A DNA stretch of 64,000 nucleotides from Podarcis bocagei (taxonomy: Eukaryota): assembly GCA_964188305.1 (NCBI GenBank), contig OZ076885.1, one strand, 5' to 3'. The notes beneath the pieces are model-generated. The model searched no databases and was not told where the DNA came from. It saw only the letters and a program-made list of their open reading frames with translations. Every line of letters begins with the position of its first letter. The stretch's first letter is position 1. The position numbers were made by a program, and so were the translations under genes. Below are positions 45,716 through 59,340 of this stretch, piece by piece.

Positions 45716-48700
45716 CTGCTAGTAAACGTTTATTTAAAATGTAGTACTATATTTAAATCCTATTAAAATGGCTCAAAATAACTTTAATAGGAATTCATGC
45801 CTACAGACTGCTTTTCCTGGGAAAATTCAGTGATGTGACACAGTAATTACATATTGTGAAATAATCTAAGACAACATAATGTGTATTGCAATCAGAGGAA
45901 TCAAAGGAAGTGAATATTTGCAACAAAATATCACTGTATGCTTATTCCTAATAGAGCCAGCTTTTCATATATATATTCCTGACAATATAAAAAGCCATAT
46001 TAGAAAAGTAAATTTGGTTGGAAAGAATTGTCTCTAGTCTAATAACCGCTTATTGACAATTTACAGAAAAGGGTATAGTCCGAAGTTGCTAACGGATACT
46101 TTATTTCTCACAGCTATGGATGTGGATGTGTTTGATATTTCTAGAAGAAACTCTTTCCCCCCTTCCAGCAATCAATATTTTAAACAGCTCAGTTTAGTGG
46201 TTTTTTATTTCTGAAAGACTTTTTTTAAATCCCTAACTGCTCTATCTTAAATAAAATGCACAGCTTTGGTCTGGATGCCATTTAATGTAATTTTTTAAAT
46301 ATAAATCATTATTTTGGGTAAATTTTCAGGTCCTTTGTGTTTGAATTACAAATCAATAACCTTTGACCAATGTTTCTCTCACTGTGATTGTAAAATAATT
46401 ATCACAAATTCAAAGAAACTGTTTAGACATGCTGGGAATTGTAAGCGCTGGTGATTCGTATTTGACGTTTTTCCTGCAGCACTTCTGTCAAAGAGAGAAG
46501 CTACTTTTTAAACTTAACAGATGTTTCCAACTTGGCAGTGGAAAGTGCAGCATTAAATACTTCCGAGTTGTCTTCTTCCTCCCATTCACCTAAATAGCTT
46601 CATGGGCAAAGTCTCCTCAGGGTACATTTTTAAGTCTGAGACATGTTTTTCTTTGTACCAGAGAATATGGTACAAACCAACCCAGACCCCATTGGCCTGT
46701 TTGTTAGCATGCCATCAAAGGCATGTTGTCACTATAGACATGCAGTTTGGTATGTGATAAGGCCAGAAGCAATGCACAGAAAGGAAGAAAGGAGCCTGCA
46801 TGTGCTGTGCACATTTTGACCCTTCTCCTTAGTCTTTGTATTCTCTGAGATAACAATCTGCTAAGGATATAAAACAAGATGTTAGAGACTGAAGGCCTGT
46901 CCACACTTTTGCTTGTCCCATGCCTAGAAAGCACAGTACCCAGAGGGTTTTTTTTCTTGCCCTGAAAAAACAGTTTACTGCTGAATTGGAACACATGGCA
47001 ATCTGTAGAAAGCCCAATTGCCACTTGTTCCAGTTCAGTATTAAACCATGGGTTTTCCCAGGGGAAAGTGAGGGGGAAATCGGAAGTGTGGACAAGCTCT
47101 AAGCATCAACATTCTAGAATCCACAGTAATTTTTAAATTATTTTTTACCCACTGTAATTTACAGTGATTTCTGCAGAAATTGAATACTGACCTTAGAAAA
47201 TCTTTTCTTTAGTTACAAATAACATTTTTTGCATTCTTGTTAATTCTTTACTGCCATGTTGGGAAGATTCACTGTTTGATTCCCTTTATCCATACAGAGA
47301 GCTATTAATACTAGCCCATCCATGCTGCACTTTAAATCGCTCCTTCTGCTCCTCTGTATAGGAATTTGACATTTCTGATGTCCCATACATTAGTTGTTGT
47401 ACTACTACTACGTAAATTGTGCCACAAATGAACTTTTGAACTCCCTTTTATGACCACACCAGAGATGGAAGGGGGAAGCATGCAAACCTGGGGCAGGCAA
47501 GACTTGTTTCCGTCCATTGACCTGCATAATGCTAAGCCAAACTTTATCTCATTCCAGACAAAGTGTGATCTGTTAGCAAAGATTTATATGGTTTACCACA
47601 CATGGTTTGTCTGGGGGAGATAAACTGTGACCAAGGCTGGCCCAAGACATTTTGACACCTGAGGTCTCATTATCATTTGGTGTAGAAGTTGATTTCGTTT
47701 TTAACTGAAAATAATGTTAGAATACAACTAATCAACTCTGTGTTGATAATTTAAAATGCACAGATTATGGCCCAAATCCCAGGAACTGTGCAACTTGCTT
47801 TACATATTCAAGAGAGTTTGTGCTTGTGTTTTTTTACCCATTGCATGCCAAACGTATTTTGAAAACGAAGGGGTATTCAGAAGTAGTTTGTAATGTGATA
47901 TGTGTCTCTGCTGTATGAAGGAAAAAAGTAAAATTCTCACTTGACATACCTGAAGTACCTATTTAGATCCAAGCCTATATTTTTATACTTAAAAGTTATT
48001 CACACAACAATCTTAAAAAGCACCAGAAAGGCACAGTTCTCACTCAAATCAAAAACAGATTAAAGATGGATTGGGAGTTGTGGAAGGAGGGGCAATGAGT
48101 GCAGCTGAGCGGATAGATGCTAAGATATTGAAAATGTGCATGTGCTGTGACTTGGAGTGGACACTAACACCTGTTATATCCCCTCTGATTAGTCAGGCTT
48201 GCATTGCTAAGACTTCCTTGGATCTGTTGCTCCATCTTGATGCCCCAATTACAGTTGTAGGTAGAAGTCCTCTTTGCCAAGTTTACTGCAACCTGTTATT
48301 TCAGTTTTGTTTTAGTTACCAATTATTTATGCTTCGTGACCTCAAGGCTAGATTCATGTAATTGTCAGAGATCAGAGACCTCCTACCTGCATGGTAAACT
48401 TTCTTCCTTTGAACGTGGAAGGCTAGCAGTGTTACTAGCTTCAGATTTCCCCAGGTTAAAAGAGCCTTCAAATGAGCTGGATCTGTAATAGAATCTTGCT
48501 TCGACAAATAAAAACAGGGGCTGCTCTTATTTTTATCCTTTAAAAAAATAAAAATGCATTATTTTGTATATTAATAAAACAGGATGCATCAGAAATGCCA
48601 GAAGTAAGGATGAATAAAAATCTATAGTCCATACACATTCATTTACTCTTAGTCCCAGGACTCCGCTAGACTGGTAAAGAAAAAGCGATTTATATGTGTT

Positions 48701-49184
48701 GTATGTGCAATATAACATTGTGTCACCAGATAGCGATGTGGAGTCCCATTTTTCTCTACTTGTTTTCCCTGTTTAAATTTACACCGCTTTAAACTGCAAT
48801 TCTTCTTTGATGTGTCTAGAGCCATCCCTGATCATAACATTAAAACAGCCAGGCAGATCTTCAGAGCAATTGATACATAATGTGTGTCTTTCATCCTTTA
48901 GTTACCTATTGATAAACCCCTCTTGCTTTCCACCCTGCCTAAGCATAGACCTTAGGGTTACTTGTCAGGAACCAAAGCATGTCAACAAGACCATCTCCAA
49001 GCTAAAACTCTCTCAAAACGTTTTTTTTGAGTGAAGTTTCTGTTCACCAAATTCGATTCACTTGGTGCAAAATGTATTTCCTCAGGATTTTTTGGAGACT
49101 TCAGCTCTCTTTGATTTACTATGTGGGTATGCAAATATCTACCCCACCTCTGGACACTGTCACTTAATATACTGTACATAGGAC

Positions 49185-49542
49185 CAGGGGCGGAGGAAGG
49201 GGTGTGTGCTGGGGTGGGTCGCCCCAGGTGTCACCACTAAGGGGGGTGACAAAACGCTGAGCGGCACTCACCGCGGGGCCTGCAGCACGCCCGAGCCATG
49301 CATCTCGTCTGGGAATGACACGGTGGCTGGGGCGCCTGCAGGCTCTGCGCTGCCCCAAACAGTCCACCCGCCTCCTCCCCGTCAGCTGTAGGGCGGCTGA
49401 GTGGGAGGAGGCAGGCAGATTCCTCGGAGGCCCCGCAGAGCCTCCTGTCCTGGTTCGCCCCGCCCCATAGGCGGCTGGCTCTGCCCCTGGGTGCAGGGCA
49501 CGCATGCCACCCCAGGCGCCCAATTGGCTTGCTCTGCCAATG
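49185..49542. mobile_element. GC-rich hAT non-autonomous element, TSD CATAGGAC/CGTAGGAC
   Basis: Termini CAGGGGCGGAGG / GCTCTGCCAATG; 7/8 TSD match, the mismatch being a CpG transition. Confidence 0.8.
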
Positions 49543-50154
49543 CGTAGGACTACCCCTGATGAGCCAGGTCACTGTACTAAGAGCATTCAGCTAGTTCAAA
49601 ACACAATGGCCTGCCTCCTGAAGGTGAAGTTCCCAAGCATCAGAACTGGGTTCTTCTAGGATTCTGGCCTGTGCTTAGCAAGACAGGTTTCAGCATGTAA
49701 CTTACCTTGGGAACTGCCTCCTCTTCTGTACCCTGTACCCTTCTGTCTTCTGATCTCTTAGATGTAATTTCCTTAGTGCATCATCTGTGCAACGAATTAG
49801 AACAATGACACAGAGAAGCATCCTTGGTTGTTTTGTCCAGTTTTGGAACTCTCTTGTGAGATTCACCACACTTAAATGCCTTCTGCTACCATAATGCTCT
49901 TTGGGACAATGATTCAGTGGCTAGAGTTAATTTTTAGCAGCATATTTGAGATTGTCTTTGACTTTTAAAATATTTGTAAAGCTTGCTCATAGTTTTCTGC
50001 CACTATTGTTTTCATAAAGTCGTATGGTATCTCTTTGGCATTTATATATATCTTTAATACGTAATCGTGTCATAAGTTAGCAATGAGCTGATTTGTATTT
50101 TTAATACGTGGAGAGTCTGAATATTTCCTGTTCATTTTTATTTGTTTATTTCAG

Positions 50155-50728
50155 GGGCACAGAAGTCATGAGCACTGTCTCAGGTACTCGAAGTTCAACC
50201 ATCACTTTTACTGTCCGGCCTGGAACTAGCCAGCCAATCACACTGCAGAGCAGATCCCCAGACTATGATAGTAGGACACCAGGAGCAAGACATGCTCCAA
50301 GCCCAGTGGTTTCACCAACAGAAATAAGTAAGGACATCATGCCAGCTCCTCTGACTGCTGCTGCTCCAGTTGCATCTCCTTCTCCAACACTTTCTGATGT
50401 TTTTAGCCTACCCAGCCAGCCTCCTTCGGGGGACCTCTTCGCTTTGAACACAGGGCGCAGCAGGTCTCCTTCTCCCTCAATCTTGCAACAGCCAATATCA
50501 AATAAGCCTTTTACAACTAAGCCTGTCCACCTGTGGACCAAGCCAGATGTGGCAGATTGGTTGGAGAGTTTAAACTTAGGTGAACATAAAGAGACCTTTA
50601 TGGATAATGAAATAGATGGCACTCACTTACCAAACCTTCAGAAGGAAGACTTGATAGACCTTGGAGTGACTAGAGTTGGTCACAGAATGAACATAGAAAG
50701 AGCCTTGAAACAGCTACTGGACAGATAA
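50155..50728 (+). CDS. SHANK2: SHANK2 terminal coding exon with C-terminal SAM domain (...WTKPDVADWLESLNLGEH...RMNIERALKQLLDR*)
   Basis: tttgtttatttCAG acceptor. Phase 2 matches the preceding exon (AG+G=Arg). The SAM sequence is typical of SHANK2. TAA at 50726-50728. Confidence 0.98.
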
Positions 50729-53700
50729 GAATGGCTGCGCTTGCCTCACATACCTTTGTTATAAATAGAGATGGGCTGGTACTGAAACACCCCAAATGCC
50801 TTGGCTCCCCAAGAGTACCACTAAATTGAAGCATCAGTTGGTTGCTATAGTTTTTTATATGCAAGAGTGTAGATTGTAAGTTTGGTGCCCGGGAGCAGCC
50901 CCAAGTAAATGTACGTTATTAAAGGGACTATAGATTTCAAAGAGGAAGGAAGAAAGGGGAGAGAATAAGGAAAGGGGGGAAATGCTAATTTTTATATATA
51001 TATGTGTGTGTGTAAGCTCTGGTCTTACTGAAAATATTTCTAAAATTATTACAGTATTTTTATTTATGGGGCATGGGAATAACATTCATCCTTTGGTATT
51101 CATGAATTGTTTTCCTGCCCTTCAGAAATGCCCTTCTGCCTGAACAATACTGTGCCAGTTTATTTTTGGTTTGAAACATATTGGTGTTTCTCCTTTCACA
51201 ATAAAGTATTATGTCCAGCTCTTTTTGCAATTTCTGCTCTCCCCACCCCCAGTCATTCCACATGCCCATTGCACTCAGTTCCATGGCTCCTCCTATTTTG
51301 ATTCTCACTTCTGCCAATTAAACACCATACTAACATTCACATTTTTTCATAGCACATTTACTGGTTTTAATTAAAAATCAATACATTCGTGGGGTTGTAG
51401 AAGCAGAGATTTCAAAAAAACAAACAAACAACTTTCTGACATCCTTTTGGCTTGTTTATTACATTCCTTGGTTTATCTCTAATGAATTTAGTTCTTGTCA
51501 TCCTTTGTAACTAGTCACATAGCTTTCATTAATTTTTGCCCTCCCACACAGTTAGATTCAGATCTGAATGAGCTGTTCATGCAAAGAAAAGTATTTTTAT
51601 GCACCGATTGCTTTTTCTGTGTCAAAGTGATCACGTGTGGCGAGGGACTCAATTACTGCTATGATCCAAAGTATAAATAAAAGAACAATATATATTGTTT
51701 CTACAGTTCTGCATGTGAATGCCCAAACCTTTGCACAAGCTATGTTCACAACTGTGCATAGGGTAGGATTTTCCATCTCAAAAGATCATCTTTCTGCTCT
51801 TGCTGAATCCACGTGGCACAAAGCCTGTTTTTACATGCAGAAGTGTATCTTTATGTGTTGGCATTAGTCTATGGCACCAGGAAGAGGAAAATCTAAAAGC
51901 GATTGCCTGCAGAAACTGAAACTATAAGCAAGATGCATGGTTTTTTTTTCAGAAACCTGGTGGGCACCTATTATAGATGCAAGGAACAATTTCTAAAAAT
52001 TCAAGTTAGCTTCAGTTCAGAGGCGCCAGGTTGCCCACCAGATTGAGGGGTCCTGGCATGCTTTGTACACGTGTGATGTCTTGCATGGCACACACACGTT
52101 GTGTCACAGGCAATGCGCACTACGACATCACAACACCTGGAGGAGGCCGAGTGCTGTGGAGGAGCCAGCCACTGATACTGCAGCATGCGACCCACTCAAC
52201 ATTGAGAGGGCCCAACCCCATTCCAACAAATATTCAGGGTGCCAAAGACACGTCAGCCACCTAGAGTTGGCACACCGTCAGTTTGACTTTGGCTTCAGTT
52301 TGACTGAAAATCAAAAATCCCAAAGTTCACTTCTGCATTGCTGCATGAACTAGAGCAGCATTGCAGGAGAATATATTTGTTCTCACAACTTGGGTTGAGT
52401 TTATTTGACACTGAGTTGAAAACCAATGAAATGGCTATGAATTGGTTGGAATGCATACTTAGAATGATAGTCTTTATTGTGGGATATATATTTAGAGATT
52501 TCGTAACCTATGGAGATTAGCAGTATTCTCCCACCTTATTCTCTCTCCCACTGTAAGTAATACACATTATGCATTTTGTGGTTCCCGCCTTCCTGAAGAC
52601 TTCAGCCTATAACAGAAGGTTAAATCATATGTGGTTACTCAGTCATCAAACTACTTAACTTTCAGAAGGCCTCATATTTTTGGAAGGCATCTAAATTCTT
52701 TCCTTAATACATCCCAGCCTATCTCTAATTATATTTTCTCACAACGAAGTGTCTAATTAGGTCTAGAACTAGTACATAAAATTTAGCAATTTCAATATCT
52801 TTCTTTACTGCAAGTTTAAATAGTTGTACAGATAGTTTATAAGCACAATATTTTAAGAATATAAGTGGCTGGTCTACTGGGCAGCCTTTGTGCCACTTCA
52901 ATGCTAGAAATTTAAAAAAATAAAATAAAACTTTTGTGGTTTACTACTATTTCTGTGGAATAATTATTAAGTCTTGACCTTTTTAAATCAACCTCATTTG
53001 GATGCATCTGAACCAGCAGAGCTGTGTTATATTTTCTATCTTTGCTAGAACTTCTTCAGAAGATGAGTGTTTCTTCAAACATGGTTACAATTAACAATGC
53101 AGTGGTTAATTATGAAAACTAATATTCATCTCTCTCTTCTCCCCCTTCACTTTCTGCAAAGACTGGTCTTTTGACTTAACATCTGTTGTTGTATCCTTCA
53201 CAGGTTCCTATTTGCATTTGAAAGTTCCAAGTAACCTTATAATTAAAATCTAGTTTAAATGCAAAAGTCCTGAAATTTCCATAATTATATGGATTATGTA
53301 GAGGATGACATTCATATATTCAGTGGCTACAAAAAGCCATCAAATATTTTTTTTTGTGGTGGTGGGGGTGTAAAAAAGGAAATGATAATTCAGCCATCAT
53401 TGTCTTCCATTTGGTGATATTGCTGAATTCAGTAAATAAACCACGAACGCCATGCTCCTTTTTGCTTCTTTGAATGCAGTTGGTGTTACCTCTACAATAT
53501 GTGCCAGGAAATACAAAAGGACACATGGTAGGAAAAGAAAATAGAGAGAATTATTTCTAAGCTGCTGTTAATCATACCCTTTTACTGTTGAATATCTTAT
53601 GATGGTGTACACCGAAGTTACAAGTGATGGTAATCCCTTTCTTAAAAGGGGTCTCTTAGATACGTATCTCTTTCAGTCACTTACATAGTAGGTACAATAG

Positions 53701-54600
53701 AATTAGTAGAAAAGAGATTTAAACATCAAAGAGCTAATGAAATAGTTTATTTTTACATTGTGTCTTATGATTGAAAGAGTAATAGGGCCTACAAGGAACT
53801 GCTTTTATCAATAAAATACACCTTTGCCAAGAGGAAGTAGTCTTTAGTACTGTTTGATGGTTTTATCATAGAAAGCAATAGTAACAGATACAGTTGCCTC
53901 CTAGCATTTTTATCAGTTTTGAAAATGTTGGGAGCAGGAAAGGCCCTTCTAATCTCCTGCTACTATGATGGTGCAAAATAAGGTGTTAGAGATAATCTTG
54001 TTAATGATATTCCAGGTTTTAGGAACAACTTTTGTTTATATACTGTAATTTAAATAAATTGCATTTACATGCCTAGTTTCTGTAATATTTGTGTATACAA
54101 TACCAAAATCACACAAGATGTAAATTGTGTATAACTGCACAGACTCTATTCCCTGGGTGTCTGGGAACATTTTAAGTTTTAATTCATATATTATAAAATG
54201 ACTATATGTGACTGTTGATTTACAGAATTTACATATCACAAAAGCTAACTATTTGTGGTACCTAAGTTAATAAAAGTGATTTTCTGATTCTGAGTTCCTT
54301 TACAAACAAGCATTACCCAGTTGATCTGGCAATGACTCTGTGTATGAGCCTCTAATACTGATAATTTTTCCATTACATTTATTTTATTTTCTAGATAGTA
54401 ATGTTTCTCGCTATAGTTTGTGTAACAACTTGTGTTCATGTTATCTTTGTTGCTGTAATTTTTGTGCTTTAATTCCTCTTATTTCAAATTGATGACAACA
54501 AAATCAAGCTCCTGTAACTTGCACTTTCCCTAATCCTTACTACTCTTGTATGGCAACCAAAATTACTGTAAGAAATAAATATAATATTGCACTAAGGTTG
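50729..54600 (+). other. SHANK2: SHANK2 3'UTR (to the proximal candidate polyA site; may extend to ~56540)
   Basis: Follows the stop codon, AU-rich, no recognisable TE until ~55578, ends at AATAAA plus a GU-rich element. Confidence 0.65.
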
Positions 54601-54608
54601 TGGTTCTG
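54574..54608 (+). terminator. Candidate polyadenylation signal (AATAAA 54574-54579) with downstream GU-rich element GGTTGTGGTTCTG
   Basis: Canonical hexamer followed ~16 nt later by a GU-rich tract. Confidence 0.55.
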
Positions 54609-55577
54609 ATTACAAACAGTAAGAACAGTCTGAATCTTTTGTTTTTGGAAAGAGTTGCCAAAACTTGCTGTTTAATATTTCTTTTTTAAAAACTGTTCCA
54701 GTTACCTTTAATTTAGCTCCCACAAGATATCTGACTACTTATCATTATTGTGGATTCCAAATCCGAATTTCAGATGAGAAATGTGTGTTGTAGAAATATG
54801 AGAGAACACACGTTTATGTAAGGGTGATTTGAGTTCTTGCTTTGATGGATGTTTTTGCAATCTCCCCCCCCCCCCGATTGTAGTGATTTTAGTGTTCTGA
54901 GCTTCCCAAAGGACAATTAGTTGTCATTTCAGATGTTAAATCATTATAGTTTAGTGAAAGGCCCCCATGTTAAGGCACCTTACGAAAGAGACACAAGGGC
55001 TGTGACTCAAAGGTTCTCACGTTCCTCACTGGGCTGCAAATAAGTAGCACCGCCATTGCACAGAAGGCCCACCTCTGCTCTTCCCTCTCAGCGTGCTGAC
55101 CGTGTGGAGGAGGAAGGGACTGCCTGCCCTATTGGACGAGAGATTTAACAGCAGACCATTTTGACGCCTTTATTCCAAACATATCTCCTTTACCGTTTGC
55201 CTGATCCTCTTTAAAAGCCATTCAAGTTGGTGGCTGCCGCTGCCTCCTGCGCGAGAGTATTCCAAAGTTTAACTGTGTGCTGCATGAAGGCATTTTACTA
55301 AATGTGAAGCTAAATGAAGGCCTTTCCCGCTCCCCTTTTGTTCAGCAACCGTTTGTATATACAGAATTATAGTCAGAAAGGGGAATCGGGAAACAGAAGC
55401 TTATTTCCTAACGCAGTTCAGGTGTAAGTGCGTTATGTTTCCATCACTCGTATTCTGCAATTGGAGTTCATCAATTCCTATGGAAGGATTGCATTTCCCT
55501 TTTCACGGGAAGAATGTTGAATATTCTAAGCTTTCTGTTTCTTCCTCTGATTCCTCCCACCTTTTTTTCCTTTAAGT

Positions 55578-55716
55578 CAGATGTGGGGAACCTGAGGCCC
55601 TCCAAAAGATGCTGAACACCAGTTTTCATGATCCTTGACCATGGGCCATGCAAGGTGGGGCTGGTGGAAGTTTGAGGACAAAAACACTTGGGAGGCCACA
55701 GGTTTCCTGTCCTTGG
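55578..55716. mobile_element. Degenerate short hAT-type MITE common in lizards
   Basis: CAGATGTGGGGAACCTGAGGCCCTCCA ... GGAGGCCACAGGTTTCC inverted termini. Confidence 0.55.
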
Positions 55717-56469
55717 TTTAAATTCTGAAGATTCATGGAAGAAAATGCCTTAATGCAGTTATGAAATTTATGTTCCATAATAGATGGGATTTGGCTTTGT
55801 TTGGAGGTTTAGTTTTCTCCCATGCATGGGTTTCTGGTCTATGTCCATTGTGTCTGATATTCAAAGGATTCTGTAGCTTTGTTTTCTTCAGTGTTTAATT
55901 GTATTCAGTTATTCTAACTGCCAAGATACATGGATATCTTTATCTAGCTATAGATATGGTTATACCTGCACACATTATTATTTTGTAATAATAATAATAA
56001 TAATAATAATAAAACTAGCCTCACACCATGCTATGGAATTACTAGTGCTGGGTATGGTTCCAGGTAGTAATTTACACATCTTTGTTAAAGCTTTTTCATT
56101 CAGGAAACTGGTTAATTTCAAACATATTGCATTGGCCACCTTTACAGCACAGAGTGAAGACTTGCATCAACAGGATAATACTCAAGAACAGTACCAGCAC
56201 TGACCATGAGTTGTATACTGAAATTGTACATCACAACGCAGTAAATACAAGGATGAAGTGCGGGCTTCGGACACTTTGAACCTGACTTGTACAAATTATG
56301 TTACAAACTGTTGATCTTTTGATGAGAAATACCATTTCAACATCCATGTATTGTAGTTACAGTGCCTTGTATTCTGGATCAAGAAGTCCATCAGTGCACA
56401 GCTTAACAAAAAATTAAATTGCTAAATGTTGGGGGGGGGGAATCAAAACATTATTTTGCAGCCCTCTCT

Positions 56470-56540
56470 AATAAAGCTGTGACTTGATGAGTCACCAAAA
56501 TGAAATAAAAAATTCAAATAAATTTGTGTTTCAGTTGTTT
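56470..56540 (+). terminator. Distal cluster of three AATAAA signals (56470, 56504, 56517) followed by TTTGTGTTTCAGTTGTTT
   Basis: Clustered hexamers with a GU/U-rich downstream element. Confidence 0.45.
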
Positions 56541-58137
56541 CCCAATAACAAATATGTACAACATCTGTTCAGTACGTAGGGATATAATTTCTGTACTTTT
56601 ATGCATCTTAATTTAACAGTGTACACGTCGCTGTTACGTATCAAACTCAAGCTCTTTACAGATAGATACGCTGACTCCTAGTGGCAGTTGTTTGACAAGT
56701 CAGGGAACAATTTATATAAAGTTATCAAACGATAAATTATAAAGGAATCTGGTTTTTAAAAAATAAAAACCACATTTATTTTACTAACCTATTATTTGAA
56801 CATATATATTTTAAAATTTTGTATTTTAATGTAGCATTGAAGTAGGTTTGGAGAATAGTGCCCTAAAAGGCAACAGGTGCGTCTTTTAAATAAATACATT
56901 TGCAAGTTACAGAGCTATCGAAAAGGGGGGGGGGGAGAATTAAAGGCAGACAAATCACCCAGTCCAAAGCCCAGGTGAGCTTGTGGCAACAGAGCAGAAG
57001 GTAGGTCCACATTTTTTCTTTTTTCCCTTCCATCAGCTTTGTGGTTTCCGTGTTGTTGTTTACAGTTTTTGTATTGCTCCCAATGGATGGGAAACAAAGT
57101 AAAGCTGTCCCAGGGCCCCTCTCTTCTGGGGGTGTGCTTGGGAGAAGGAAGGAGCTTTGGAGGGAGCAGATTAAAAGCCTTCCCTTACCCACTCCAGTAA
57201 TGCATTCATTTTGCCCTCTCCATTGTCAGAGTACTAGTGATAGTGGAGGGACAGTTGCAAGAGCTGGAGGAGATCTCTGGGGCATGGCTTCTGCTCAACT
57301 CAGGGCTTTCCATCCACGGAGGGAGAAATCCACAGTGTCCTATGGCCCCTTGGGATGCTGTCCCAGAGACTAATAAGTTTGCAATTTAACTCTAATTGGT
57401 TTCAGTGGTAAGGTCCCAGCATGTGATTAAGAATCTCCTATTTAAATAAGTAGATGTGACATATTTAGAGCAAAATGCAGTTGGGAGCCTACTGATTTGG
57501 GTATATTTTTTAAGAGAACAAGCTGTGCATAGGATTGTGTATGTGTGTGTGTGTGTGACATTTCCTGTTTTATGTTGTGAAAGAGAAGGGATGAAAGTCT
57601 CATTTAATTTTTGTCTCCATTGTAGTAAGTTGGTATGCAGTAGGAAGGCCATTTTGTTTGTGGAAATATAATTTTCCAGAAGGTTGCCTAGGAGCATCAT
57701 GGTGGATGGATTTTTCAGTTGGAAATGGGGAATACTCAGTGGGATCTAGGTACTGCTTAGGGTAATTATGCAAGGGGCTTGTAATACTCTAGCCCAATGT
57801 TTACTTTACTTTGAAGGGAGTTTCAAAACCAGCTTGCTATAGAGCATGGGTGCATAGCAAACTGATTTTGAAGCAGATTGAGAGTCTATGGTTCAAAGCA
57901 AAATAGCCTTTAAAAACTTCTGAGCTGGGTCATTGTTGTTTGTCAGATACAGAATGCAGAGAAGGTGGCTTGGCTTAGGTAAGAATGTGTATGTTTATAA
58001 CACTCCACATGCCCACTTCCTCAGGATCAGATCCATTAATCCAGTATTCAGATATCATAACAAATGGCTTATATTTCAGATGCCATGCTTTCTTTAGGTG
58101 AAATGCTAGGAACATTTTCCCCAACCTATGTGAGCAT

Positions 58138-58248
58138 TTGTTGTTTAGTCATTTAGTTGTGTCCGACTCTTCGTGACCCCGTGGACCAGAGCACGCCAGG
58201 CACTCCTGTCTTCCACTGCCTTCCACAGTTTGATCAAACTCATGCTGG
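58138..58248 (-). mobile_element. RTE-BovB LINE 3' end fragment
   Basis: GTTGTGTCCGACTCTTCGTGACCCCGTGGACCAGAGCACGCCAGGCACTCCTGTC is the reverse complement of the BovB-type 3' terminus. Confidence 0.8.
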
Positions 58249-58431
58249 TCCATGGACAAAGACAACAGTGCCTTTGATACCTTGCCCCTTTTCAATTGAG
58301 GGGGGAACATAGAAAAGAGGGGGATCTTCTTCTGGTGGTGAGCAGAACATGTTGCTTTTTCCTAAAGATTAAGAAAGAGTGGATGAAAAAAAACTAATGA
58401 GATTCTTAGTGGCGACCCTTCTGGTCATTTT

Positions 58432-58552
58432 GATTTGTTTATTTCATTTATTGTATCCTGCCTTTCTTCCAAGAAGCTCAAGGTGGTATACATTTTCTCT
58501 CCTCTCCACAGCCCCCCCCTTCACAAATATTGTGAGGTTGCTTAGGCTGAGA
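58432..58552 (-). mobile_element. Squam3-like SINE 3' fragment
   Basis: TTTATT tail, ATCCTGCCTTTCTTCCAAGAAGCTCAAGGTGG, TGTGAGGTTGCTTAGGCTGAGAG. Confidence 0.6.
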
Positions 58553-58553
58553 G

Positions 58554-58685
58554 TAATAATAATAATAATAATAATAAATTTTATTTATATCCCGCCCTCC
58601 CCAGCCGAAGCCGGGCTCAGGGCGGCTAACAACAATCAAATAATCCAACATTTTAAAAAACATTTCATTATAAAAATTAATTACA
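58554..58685 (-). mobile_element. L2-type 3' end with (AAT)n tail, same family as 13176-13635
   Basis: ATCCCGCCCTCCCCAGCCGAAGCCGGGCTCAGGGCGGCTAACAACAA is nearly the reverse complement of 13545-13592. Confidence 0.8.
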
Positions 58686-59021
58686 AATTAAACCAGGGGT
58701 GGTAGTTGTTGTTTTGTTTTGTTTTTGTTGTTTTGACTAGGACATTATACTTAGTATCACTTATATTTTATAATATAGAATCATAATAAACACTAATGGA
58801 ATATTAGATTAAATTTAAACAATAAGTCAAATGTGTACATAGCGTGTATTTGAACATGCAGTTCCTTTTCCACTGAACAGTTACACTTATAGCAAACTGC
58901 TTCAAGGAGCACATAGCCCTATCTGGAACAGCACATTTGCATATATCTGTAATGTTGGGATATGCTTATGCTGCAAAGTCTGTTTCTTTCTGCTTGTGTG
59001 TATTTTATAGGTGTGCATAGC

Positions 59022-59340
59022 CAGGAGTCAGCAAACTTTTTCAGCAGGGCGCCGGTCCACTGTCCCTCCGACCTTGTGGGGGATCACACTATATTTTGAG
59101 GGGGGGGATGAATGAATTCCTATGCCCCACAAATAACCCAGAGATGCATTTTAGATAAAAGCACATTCTACTCATGTAAAAACACCAGGCAGGCCCCACA
59201 AATAACCCAGAAGTGCATTTTAAATAAAAGGACACATTCTACTCATGTAAAAACATGCTGATTCCCAGACTGTCCGCGGGCCAGACTTAGAAGGCGATTA
59301 GGCTGGATCTGGCCCCCGGGCCTTAGTTTGCCTACCCATG
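59022..59340. mobile_element. hAT (Charlie-like) MITE with an internal ~60-bp duplication
   Basis: Termini CAGGAGTCAGCAAACT / AGTTTGCCTACCCATG; GCCCCACAAATAACCCAGA...CACATTCTACTCATGTAAAAAC occurs at ~59124 and ~59193. Confidence 0.75.
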
